From the NCBI RefSeq assembly GCF_001194135.2, contig NC_068987.1:74274926-74307409 (forward strand): a stretch of DNA of 32,484 nucleotides. Direction: 5' to 3'. The notes under the pieces were generated by a model. It was not told the origin of the DNA, ran no database searches, and saw only the letters and a list, made by a program, of their open reading frames with translations. Both the position numbers and the translations under genes were made by a program. This document shows, in pieces, positions 1-10,222 of the stretch; position 1 is the first letter of the stretch, and every line of letters begins with the position of its first letter. The stretch comes from Octopus bimaculoides (Eukaryota).

Positions 1-215
1 GTGTGTATGTGGGAGTGTGTTTATGTATGGGGGGCGTGTATGTTCGTAGTGTGTGAGAGTGTTCGGTGTGTGTGTGGTAGTTTGTACGTGTGTGAGCGTA
101 ATGTGTGTGCGCGTAGTCAGTGTGTGTGTGTGTGAGTGGTAGTTTGTGCGTGAGCACGTGTAATGTGTGTGTGTGTGTGTATTTGTGTGTGTGTATTTGT
201 GTGTGTGTGTGTGTG
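1..215. repeat. Degenerate (GT)n microsatellite
   Basis: GT dinucleotide runs with interruptions. Confidence 0.9.
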
Positions 216-218
216 AAT

Positions 219-387
219 CATGCCCGTCGCTAAGGGAGTGCACTGGACGGCACTGTCCCGTCACTATTCAATGGTGCACCTCAAATTTACTCCACTTTAG
301 TGACTTCACTTGAGCTTTACTACAAATTAGTGCCCACCCAGAATATTCTGAAGCACCCCCCGGCACCAAAGTGTGACGATGGGCCTG
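219..387. mobile_element. Possible old hAT-like MITE
   Basis: Imperfect terminal inverted repeats (catgcccgtcgc vs revcomp caggcccatcgt). 8-bp flanks gtgtgaat / gggtgcat match 6/8, like a decayed 8-bp TSD. Confidence 0.3.
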
Positions 388-718
388 GGGTGCATATAGT
401 ATGTGCGTCTGTAAGTATATGATCAGGCGCATTGCTAATTGTTAACTCTGTATGTACGCGCGCGCGCGTATAGTGTCTCAGCATTTGATCAAACGCATTG
501 CTGATTATTAACGATTCTTTGCCTTCCACTTTAAATTCAATGCAGTCTGTTTTACTTTGGCCGCCAGCTTATTTGTACCAAGTCCGAAAGATCTCCACAT
601 CTCTATTTTAAGAACCAAGTTTCGAACACTGAACCATTTTCTGTATTGATTTTTATATTATTGCAATAGTACCAATAGATGTGAGAGGTTGTTGTGCTCA
701 GCTGTGTCTATATTTCAT

Positions 719-784
<66 letters not shown>
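719..784. repeat. (CA)n microsatellite
   Basis: Perfect CA run. Confidence 0.97.
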
Positions 785-786
<2 letters not shown>

Positions 787-913
787 TTCCTGAGTCAATG
801 AAAGTGCTAAACAAGTCTTGAGATCGATAATCGACTAAGTGGCATACTGTAAGTTGTTATTACAAAATGTATTGTAAATATTCAATATAAATATTACCAT
901 ACAACTGTGCTTG

Positions 914-1153
914 TAGGCGTGGCTGTGTGGCAAGAAGTTTGCCTCCCGACCACACGGTTCCTAGTTCATTTCCACTGCGTGACGACAGCTTGAGCCTTGG
1001 GCAAGTATATTCTACTAAAGACCTGGCACGATTAAAGCCTTGCGCGTAAACCGAAATGAAACCCGTCATATGTATATATATATAGACACAACAGAATATG
1101 CTTCAACACACGAACTCACATAAAGAATCTTGCAAACCAAATCCCCAAACCAA

Positions 1154-1193
<40 letters not shown>

Positions 1194-1210
1194 TGTGTGT
1201 GTGTGTGTGT

Positions 1211-1242
<32 letters not shown>

Positions 1243-1397
1243 TGTGTGTGTGTTTGTCCCCTGCCACCGCTTGACAACCGGTCTTGGTTTGTTTACATCC
1301 CCTAACTTAGCGATTGGGTAAAAAGCGACCAATATAAGTACCAAGCTTTAAAAATAAAGTTTTACTGGAATGGATGTCTTCGACCGAACCTTTCAAG
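914..1397 (+). mobile_element. tRNA-derived SINE type A (bipartite, central microsatellite), diverged
   Basis: Head ggcgtggctgtgtggcaagaag...ggttc...ccttgggcaag and tail cgcttgacaaccgg...aacttagcg...taagtacc match other copies in the window (3737, 7000, 10897). Confidence 0.85.
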
Positions 1398-1789
1398 AAA
1401 TAAGCAAAAGGTGAAATGTAACTATAAACATACAAACAGTAGACCGTTTCTTTACATAATACGGCTTCTAACTGACTTAAGTTTTGTTTGTGAAGATGTT
1501 TTTTTTTTAGATTTGAAAACAAATTGCCGTTTACATGCTTCAGTCATGCTGGGGAACCGCTGTGAGGTCAAACAAATCGTCCCCAGTAATTATTTTTTTA
1601 ATGTTTGGTACCTATTCTGTCAGTTCTCTTTTGCCAAACCGCTAAGTTACATGGACGTAAACAAGCCAACACCGGCTGTCAAGCGGTATGTGGGGTGTGT
1701 GCTAACACAAACACAAAAACACACATACACACATACATACATAGACAAACATGCATACACACAGGCATATATACTTGCATACACACATA

Positions 1790-1804
1790 CATACATACAT
1801 ACAC

Positions 1805-1837
<33 letters not shown>

Positions 1838-1887
1838 CATACATATATACATACATATATACATACACACATACATACATACATACA

Positions 1888-1917
<30 letters not shown>
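1790..1917. repeat. (TACA)n microsatellite
   Basis: Long TACA/CATA run. Confidence 0.95.
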
Positions 1918-1918
<1 letters not shown>

Positions 1919-2150
1919 TGGGGCACTGGATATGTAACACACTACCTAAATACCAAATCTAGAGAAATTAGATTTCTCAGAACCAGAAAGGAGAAAGCTG
2001 ATTCGAAGACAGCAGATTCAAGCCATCGCTGGAACTGAAAAAATTTGTAAAACTTTCCAGAAGTTTATCATTTAAGTATATATGAGCATGTCTAGACATG
2101 CAACTATATGCATGAGAATACATACATTAAACAAAACACAAATCTGCACA
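1917..2150 (+). mobile_element. 5'-truncated R4/Dong-like RLE non-LTR retrotransposon 3' end (copy 1) in (TACA)n
   Basis: With two frameshifts it reads IGAL(G)YVTHYLNT-NLEKLDFSEPERRKLIRRQQIQAIAGTEKICKTFQKFII* (stop 2073-2075). This resembles the IGALG...Q...GT..I.K C-terminus of R4-clade ORFs. Short 3'UTR, then CATACATAC. Confidence 0.75.
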
Positions 2151-2172
2151 CATACATACATACATACATACA

Positions 2173-2342
2173 TTACAAGTGCAATCTGTGAGTGAAATAG
2201 TAAAAATATGCAAGACTTTTCTCAAGTTCTAAATGTGAATTTGTCTGTGTTAACTATATCCCGAAGATGGAGCCTTGTATCTTTGTTGGAAACCGGCTCC
2301 CTCCTCAGTGGAAGATTTATAATAATTAAATAATAGAAGAGA
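2173..2342 (+). mobile_element. 5'-truncated R4/Dong-like 3' end (copy 2) in (TACA)n
   Basis: Reads LQVQSVSEIVKICKTFLKF* (stop 2230-2232), homologous to the copy 1 C-terminus. About 110-nt 3'UTR ending GA|CATACATAC. Confidence 0.75.
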
Positions 2343-2451
2343 CATACATACATACATACATACATACATACATACATACATACATACATACATGCATGCA
2401 TACATGCATACATACATACATGCATACATGCATACATACATACATACATAT

Positions 2452-2563
2452 ATTCAAAAATACTTTGTTGATGTTGAAATTCCAATGAAGGAGCCTTGGA
2501 TTTAGGTTAGAAACCGGCTCTTTCTCTGTTGGCAAGAAATCTTGAAATAAAACTGAATAATGA
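2452..2563 (+). mobile_element. 3'UTR-only copy (copy 3) of the same retrotransposon group in (TACA)n
   Basis: Shares the GGAGCC-20nt-GGCTC motif with the copy 2 UTR and ends GA|CATACATAC. Confidence 0.65.
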
Positions 2564-2873
2564 CATACATACATACATACATATGGCGGGCCTTCGCACA
2601 GTTTTTTGTCTATCAAATTTATTTACAAGGTATTACTGGNNNNNNNNNNNNNNNNNNNNNNNNNNNNNNNNNNNNNNNNNNNNNNNNNNNNNNNNNNNNN
2701 NNNNNNNNNNNNNNNNNNNNNNNNNNNNNNNNNNNNNNNNNNNNNNNNNNNNNNNCCAGCAACGGAGTTTTGTTTCGTGGGGGTTTATTTTTTCTTTTCG
2801 AGGTTATTTCGAATGCTTTCAACGAATGTGACATCGAAATCACGCGTAAACGGTTCCTTTCCCAAAAAAAAGG

Positions 2874-2992
2874 AAAGATTTGGCTGTTATTTCTTGCACG
2901 TTATGCTACCACATAACAGGTATTTTGGGTCCTTTATCGCAAATAGCTGTTACATGGTAGCAGAGCGTGCTAGAAATAGCAGCCAAATCTTT
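2874..2992. repeat. Imperfect palindrome (52-bp arms, 15-nt loop)
   Basis: aaagatttggctgttatttcttgcacg... vs revcomp of ...cgtgctagaaatagcagccaaatcttt; 45/52 identical by manual count. Confidence 0.85.
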
Positions 2993-3736
2993 GGAGGTGA
3001 GATACGTTGAATGCACTCGAAAAAACCCTATGGAAAAAAACTAATTCACACCGAGGTTACGAATTGGTCTTTTACGAAATATTTACCGTATTTTTAAAGT
3101 CATTTTCACTTTAAAATACTTTTTAAATATGCCAAAAAAATTTTTTTTTGTAATGATATTCGCTTGAAAGTAATTTTAAAAAACATAAAAATATTGTTGA
3201 AAGAAAGCTAAAATATAAATACTTACTGTACGAACAACTTACATGTTTAAAATCACATTCACTTAAAAATATTCCTAAATGTTTAAGATATTGTGCTTAA
3301 TAAAAGCGAAAATAGAAAAATTTACTGTAAAAAAACAACTTGTATTTTTTTCATTGTTAAGTCATTGTGCCTAATTGAAAGATAAGAGTTTCTTCCTTTC
3401 AGATTAAGATTATTTTCGGAATATTTCCCCCATTATGCACCTCTAACTTAAAAACCACTTGTCTGATTTACGCGAAACTTGTTTCATTCTGTTGGTATTA
3501 ACATTTCAGGGTAACTTAGTTCATAGTATTTTCCCATTATGCGCCAGTTTGGCTTTGTAACATTGCAAGCAAGCAAGATTCAATCTGACTCTTAATGTAT
3601 TTATAGGCTGCAGCACAGATGTACTTTTTCATGCTAATGATGCAAACTTTAACTATATTTGGGAAACAGTTTTTGTGATTTTAGCCAATAAGATTGGTCT
3701 TTTCTCGATATTTCGGCAATTAGTAATTTAATTATA

Positions 3737-3867
3737 TAGGCGCAAGTGTAGCTGTGTGGTTCAGTCCCATTGCGTCTTGGGCAAATATTTTCTTCTATAG
3801 CCTTAGGCCGACCAAAGCCTTGTGAGTGGATTTGGTAGATGGAAACTGAAAGAAATCCGTCGTATCT

Positions 3868-3907
<40 letters not shown>

Positions 3908-4162
3908 GTCTATCTCTGTGTGTGCGCGCGTGTGTGTATATGTGTGTCTTTGTGTCTGTGTTTGTTTCCAACCACTGCTTGACAACCGATGTCGATGTAT
4001 TTACGTTTCCGTGACTTAGCGGTTCGGCAAAAAGAGATCGATATAGCAAGTACTAGGCTTAGCAGAAAGTAAGTACTGGAGTCGATTAATTCGATTAAAA
4101 ATATTTCAAGGCGGTGCCACAGCATGGCCGCAGTCTAATGACTGAAACAAGAGATAAAAAAT
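3737..4162 (+). mobile_element. SINE type A, near full length, (CT)n/(GT)n centre
   Basis: Head taggcgcaagtgtagctgtgtggttcagtccc; core gccttgtgagtggatttggtagatggaaactgaaagaa; tail ...aaggcggtgccacagcatggccgcagtctaatgactgaaacaag. Confidence 0.92.
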
Positions 4163-4339
4163 ATGTTCCCATAGAAACTGATGGATACAGCCATGAGGTT
4201 AGATTTAGGGTTTGAGTTAATATTTCCTGTGCATCGCAAAATTTCATTACTTTGTTAATTCATTTTCGTTTTTTTTTTCCTTCATTAAACATTTTCATCT
4301 CTAAAAGTTTTCTAATATTTTTTTTTATAATATTTATCT

Positions 4340-4455
4340 CAAAATCCTGTCGAGGTCGATAAAATAAGTACAAGTTGAACACTAGGTTTGATATAATAGA
4401 TCTACCCCGCCTTAGAAATTGCTGACCTTGTGCCAAAATTTGAAACCAATATTAA
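4340..4455 (+). mobile_element. SINE type B, 3' fragment
   Basis: cgaggtcgataaaataagtacaag...gaccttgtgccaaaatttgaaacc resembles the 3' half of the 4684 copy. Confidence 0.6.
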
Positions 4456-4683
4456 TTTCAAAATAAATAACTAAGTTATGACTGCCATAAAATCGTACTT
4501 CTTGTATGATACCGAAGGGTGGAGTGGGAAGATATTGCCCAATGTTGGGAAAGTCATTGGAAAAAAAGTGAAAAGTGGTAGAAACAGGCGTTTATTAAGA
4601 AAAAGGGGAAGGAACTCTTTATAGAAAGAGGAAGAGTAAAATAATGATGTGTGAATGAATTTGTAATAATAATGAAAGAGTGT

Positions 4684-4894
4684 AAGGCGGCGAGCTGGCA
4701 GAGACGTTAGCATGCTGGGCGAAATGCTTAGCGGTATTTCGTCTTTACGCTCTGAGTTCAAATTCCGTCGAGGTCGACTTTGCCTTTTATCCTTTCGGTG
4801 TCGATAAATTAAATACCTGTTGCGTACTGGAGCCGATTTAATCGACTGCCCCCCTCCCCCAAAAGCTTCGGGCTTTGTGCCAAGAGTAGAAAAG
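4684..4894 (+). mobile_element. SINE type B, full length, with 16-bp target-site duplication
   Basis: tRNA-like head ggcggcgagctggcagagacgttagca...gagttcaaattcc, then cgaggtcgactttgccttttatcctttcggtgtcgataaa. TSD aataatgaaagagtgt at 4668-4683 and 4895-4910. Confidence 0.93.
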
Positions 4895-5254
4895 AATAAT
4901 GAAAGAGTGTGAGGGTATGAGTTTAAGAATGAGGAAGAGACGTGACAACGTCAAATATACATCATCTAACTGCAAGACAAAAACATTTCCAGACTTGGAA
5001 ATACTGAAGGGAAGGCGAAGATCATCGAAAGAAATCTATATTCGAGGTGAATTGCAGAAAAAACAAAATAAGAAAAGAAAAGTTGCATAACAACGAGGAA
5101 CAAGAAGAAACGGAAGCACGACTCGAATAAGAAAAACTGAAAGAAATCAAAATGAAAGACAAGAAGAAAATGGAGCAAGGTTTGAAGCAAAAGCATTAAG
5201 GATTTCTGAAAGAAGAGAAAGTGATAGAGTGATTGAGAATATGGTGACAAATGT

Positions 5255-5408
5255 GGTGACAGACGACAGGATAATATATAGTAAGAAAATATCTGATGAC
5301 AAACTACTGAGGAGAATACAGTAACAAAGAAAATAGAAAGAGATTAGGAACATATTTGGTGACAGACGACAGCATAAAATACGGTAGGAAAGTATTTGAT
5401 GACAGATG
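5255..5408 (+). repeat. Diverged direct repeat (~50-bp unit, 103-bp period)
   Basis: ggtgacagacgacaggataatatatagtaagaaaatatctgatgaca vs ggtgacagacgacagcataaaatacggtaggaaagtatttgatgaca. Confidence 0.75.
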
Positions 5409-5479
5409 AGTGCAGAAGATACAGCACGAGGGAAAGAGAGTGTAAGAATGTATGGTGTCCGATAACTTAAGAACATAGC

Positions 5480-5513
<34 letters not shown>

Positions 5514-6999
5514 AAGCATTATTGTGACAGATGACCAGGAAACATAATATTTTCAAAGTCATGTATTTGTAATCTTTCTATATCTCTATACAATTTCTCT
5601 AAAAGTCGTTTGTATAATTTATTTCATACTCAAATATACCCGATCTTTTCTTTTTTACTGAAACTACGCTATTTTTTAATATATTTTATAACTTTGTTGT
5701 TTAGGCACAAGTCTATACTGATTGCAATCAAAATAATCTCATTTTTTTACAAGAATTCCTAGTTGCACATTATCCATTATGTGCCTTTCCTGTTCTTAAG
5801 ACAGCGAAGGGTGATTTGAGAGTGATTTTACTATTTTTAGCAGTTTGAGCGATCACTTAGAGACTCCCTTTTTTTTCCATGCAGAAGTGTTGGTTTGTTA
5901 TTCTCGTCATTGTCGTCATCGTTTCAATGTTCACATCGCCATGTTGATATGGGTTGGACAGAATTTTTTCAATGTTTCACCAAGGCTTTCCGATCTTTTC
6001 TGTTTGGCTTCCACTTTTCAATTTCTTCAATTTTTGCTCAAATTGATTTCTTATTTGGTGCATTGGTGAAGTTTTGTATTGTAATCATTGACATGAAATT
6101 CATTTTCGCTATAAATCAATAAATAAAGAGTTAATAGCTCTTAAAGTTTGCAAATTTTGGGTAATTTTAGCCAATCAAAAGCCATAGACATATAGGTGCA
6201 GGTTTCCAGTGTAACAAGCCAAGCATTTTCGCTTATTGAATGCTTAAAACACTTGAGGTATGAAGTGGTCGTGAGATGTACTAAAAATAATAGCTAAAGA
6301 GGCCTTAAATCACGCACCAGTTTTTTTTTTTCATAATCGTATGAATTTCTGTGTGTAGAATACAAATTTGCAAAAATTATCAGAAAAGTCCAAAATGTAA
6401 AAAAAAGTTACGAGGGCTTATGTGGTGTGAGTAAAGTAGAATTACGACAATATTTCATTTGTTTACAGTTGACAACACGAGCAGTCACGCACAAAATGAC
6501 AGTTTCCAAATCCTGTTTTCTGACTGTGTAAAAATTATATCAAAATTTAAACCTCTGTAACTTAAAAAAAAATCTGGAAAAAGTGAATTAGCTCTCGAGA
6601 TTCAGCATGGAAAATTACATCGATACACCAAATTTTGAAATTTTCAGTAAACTTTAAAATTTCCACAGGTGCAGCCAAACAGAAGAGATTCAAGCTTTCC
6701 TTTCTTTTTTACGCATCATAATGCATTTTTAAGCTAGTTCTTAAAACATCTAACCAAAGAGAATCCCTTAATGGGAAAGAAGCAAGATTATGGAAAAGTC
6801 ACATGGTTTGAACCTTTCCACAATCAGAGAAAAGGAATGTTGTTCTTTGCTTAAGCAAATCCGACGAGAATGGGAGTGCGATATTTCCAACAGCTCCATG
6901 TGAATTTCAAGCCCTCCAACAGCAACCTAGATACATATCTGAAATACTATGATTAGTAGTGATGGCCATATTACCTTTGATCATAGGTTTGCTGGATCA

Positions 7000-7428
7000 G
7001 GGCGTGGCTATGTGGTGAGAAGTTTGCTTCCCCAACACATAGTTCCAGGTTCAGTCCCACTCCACGGCACTTTAGGCATGTATTTTCTACTAAAGCCTCG
7101 AGCCAACCAAAGCCTTGTGAGTGGATTTGGTGGACGGAAATTGAAAGAAACCCGCATATATATATATGTGTATGTATATGTGTGTTTGTGTGCGTGTATG
7201 TGTTTGTGTGCGTGTGTTTATGTGTGTGTGTGTACCATTGCTTGATAATTGATGTTGGTGTGTTTACGTGTCTATAACTTAGTGGTCGGCAAAAGATATC
7301 GATAGAATAAGTACCAGGCGTTAAAAAAAATTATGCACTGGAGGTCGATTCGTTCGACTAAGAATTCTTCAAGGCGGTACCCCAGCATGGCCGCTGTCTA
7401 ATGACTGAAACGAGTAAAAAATAAAAGA
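7000..7428 (+). mobile_element. SINE type A, near full length
   Basis: Head ggcgtggctatgtggtgagaag...ggttcagtcccac, central TA/GT tract, tail ...aaggcggtaccccagcatggccgctgtctaatgactgaaac. Confidence 0.92.
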
Positions 7429-7522
7429 CAGACAATACATAAGATTATGTCATAACCCAAAAATAAACATTTTAACGAATTATTTTACCCCAGCCTCGCT
7501 TCTCTCTGTCTGTCTGTCTGTT

Positions 7523-7574
<52 letters not shown>

Positions 7575-9036
7575 NNNNNNNNNNCTCTCTTTTTTTTTTT
7601 TTATTCTGCTTCCATTTATCCTTCACTCCACGTCTTTTTTTTAAAGATATCGCCTACTTATTTAACCTTCTCCTGTCTTCCTGCCGCTTTCAAGGAATCT
7701 CTGTTACGAATTAAGATTTATGAGATGTTTTATTTCTATTTATTTACTTATTTAATTATGTAATTATTTGTTTGTTTGTCTATTCTTGTCATGTGAAATA
7801 TCAATTACATGGAGAATTACAACAAAACACATCCAATCAACCCCCAAACTCCCTTGTCTTCTGAGGCGAAGGGTATCAATCTTGGTTCTCTTTCTTTTCT
7901 GTTCTTTTCTGACTTATGAAAACTCGGACGTATGTGGGGGGGGGGGGTGAGACTTATCAGCAGTTTTTGCCATGTATACTGCTGAAATGTAGGTAATTAG
8001 CTTGATTTAATGCGTTTGAGATAAGTTCCAGAACGCAATCCTTATCTACAACCACTTGCTATGTATATAAATAATATGTATGTATATATATGTATGTATC
8101 TATTATCTATATTGTACACACAAACGCGCGCGCACGCACGCACACACACACACACACGTATGCACACATATACACACACATTTATATACACAAGAGATGA
8201 AGGAGAAGAATGGGGAATGATACATCTTTCTTCTCATCAAATTCGTGTAAGATTCCAATCCAACATGTGTTTCTACTGTATAAGTGCACTGATGTCTTTT
8301 GATGTAGCGAACGTTTTTTCTAGTTGGACATGCAACCAATGTCACTTCAGCTCTGACAGCCTAAGCAGGACAGAACCTTGCTCTGAAGTCCAGATCCCTG
8401 TTGAAGATTTTGTCGCCGCCATCCAAGGTTTGTCCAAGCTGAACCTCGTCAATCGGATCTCTCGAAATTGCTGAAGAACGTTTGCCAATCCAACAACACC
8501 TCGGAGTGGCAGAAACTGCCCTTTGCTCTCCCTCCGCGTAACGAATGGGAATAGTAGATCCCTCACTTCTTCCCTGAAACGGCAGTTTGAGCTGTCCGAA
8601 TCTACCCCAACCACTGTTCATCTCAGGTGAATCATCAGCTCAACTCCGAACAATGATCGGCCACCTAACTTAAAAAAGAAGGCTGTTAATGTCAAATACA
8701 GCGAATTTGACATTAAAGGGGCTGTTCGCCTTCTTTCCTCTTTGTCCTTCCTCATCCCGTGTATCACACACTCCCTCAACCAACTGAAGGCGAAACATCT
8801 TCCGGCCCCTCCAGATGATCACCTATACTGGCCCGACCCACCAAGTTTTCTACAACCCATCTCCACCCCTGACAATGGCAGAAAGGCAACTGCCTCTTTT
8901 TCAGCGGGTTCTAGCACTGGGTTCGATGGCTTACGGCCTCAGCATCTCAAGGATGGTATCTCCCTGTTAGCCGGTGATGCCGGGCTCGAACTCTTTGAGA
9001 ACCTAACGCAATTCATAAACTTATTCTCGTCCGAGT

Positions 9037-9625
9037 GTGTCCTTGCCTATATTCGTCCCGTTCTTTGGGGTCAAACTATTTAGTCTCACCAAGCCCAACG
9101 GTAACCTCCACCCCATAGCAGTTGGTTGTACTCTGCGACGGCTCACAGCTAAAGTGTGCCTGTCCTCAGTTTCTAACTGCCTCACCGAGGAATTTTCCCT
9201 TCTTCAGCTAGGAGTGGGTAGTAAGCTAGGTTGTGAAGCTGCTGTTCATGTCACCAGAGCTTTCACTAACTTGTCCTCTGAGTCTCCAAAGGTCATCTTC
9301 AAACTTGACCTTAAGAATGCTTTTAACGTCATGCTCCGTGCTGTAAGGGCGAATTCCCCACCATTTTATCACTTTGCCTGGCAAGCCTATCGGGAGCCCT
9401 CCTCGTTTGGTGACCACCTCATCCCATCTGCCTCTGGAGTTCAACAAGGTGATCCCTATTCGCATTGGGTATTGATGATGTTACCTAGATGGTAGCCGAC
9501 CTAGACCTAAATGTCTGGTACCTCGATGATGCTTGTTTGGAAGGCCCTCCTGACAAGGTACTTGTCACTGCGAGGACGATGATCGAAGAACTTGGTCGCA
9601 GAAGTCTTAGCGCTAACAGCTCTAA
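9037..9625 (+). pseudogene. Reverse transcriptase core of the CRE-like element (frameshifted, deleted)
   Basis: RT motifs DLKNAFN, QQGDP and YLDD lie across at least two frames with stops. Confidence 0.85.
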
Positions 9626-9775
9626 ATGTGGCCAGCATTGGAGGTCTACTCGCACTCAGAGTGGGAGCTGACGTTTGTTGGGGACTGAGATGCGGCTGTG
9701 GTAGGACCCTCAACCCCACAGGTCTTCACGGTCTGTCTTGCCTCCTAAATACTGGTCGCTTCGCTAATCATTAAG

Positions 9776-10222
9776 TTGGTCCTGGCTCGGATTAATATCC
9801 CCTCAGTTCTGGAGCCGTCGGGGTTATCCAGAAGTGATGGAAAGAGACCAGATGGTCTTACCCTCTGTCTCTGGGTTAGAGGTAGGTGTCTCATTTGGGA
9901 TTCCATAGTCTGCGACTCCTTTGCTCCCTCCCACATCCTGTATGCTGCAGTTAGTGGGAAGGTCACTGCTTCCGTAGCCGAACGGAAGAAAACCCTGAAG
10001 TATCGGGATCTGACAGCAAACTACCTCTTCCAACCTGTGGCGTTTGAGACGTTCAGAGGGACTGGACCACTAACCGTGAAGTTCTGGTCAACTTCGGCAG
10101 TTCGCCTCACCGAGGTGTCAGGTGATGCCTGTGAGGGCGCTTGGCTTTCCCAACGCCTTAGCCTCGCCATCGCCCGCGGTAAGGCTGCGAACGTGCTGGC
10201 TTGCTTTAGTAGGTTTCGTTAA
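9776..10222 (+). pseudogene. Restriction-like endonuclease domain of the CRE-like element
   Basis: 148-aa ORF with LEPSGL..DGKRPDGLT..W..G..LIWD...E.KK..KY..L...F.PVAFET. Confidence 0.85.

Larger units (their letters stand above)
1530..2639 (-). mobile_element. SINE type A, minus strand, with expanded (TACA)n centre carrying three nested retrotransposon 3' ends
   Basis: Tail revcomp at 1530-1720 (cgctaagttac...gtaaac...accggctgtcaagcg). Head revcomp resumes at 2582-2639 (resembles ccttgtgagtggatttggtagacggaaactg...gcccg) and runs into a gap. Confidence 0.75.

Noticed and set aside
421-520. Short direct repeat gatcaggcgcattgctaattgttaac / gatcaaacgcattgctgattattaac
   Set aside because: Small diverged local duplication with no further structure
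525-650. Minus-strand frame KWFSVRNLVLKIEMWRSFGLGTNK...
   Set aside because: No recognisable homology and no convincing splice sites
1066-2616. ORFs rich in HT/YI/CV/MYVC repeats (also 13443-14127, 28151-29092, 30277-31823)
   Set aside because: They are translations of (CA)n, (TA)n, (TACA)n and (GA)n microsatellites, not proteins
3000-3720. AT-rich DNA-transposon-like remnants (also 6000-6670, 18290-18530, 19040-19500)
   Set aside because: No paired TIRs or TSD could be established by eye, so no family can be assigned
4684-4760. tRNA gene call for SINE heads (also 7000, 30680-30750)
   Set aside because: A/B boxes are present but there is no cloverleaf, and the heads continue into SINE body sequence
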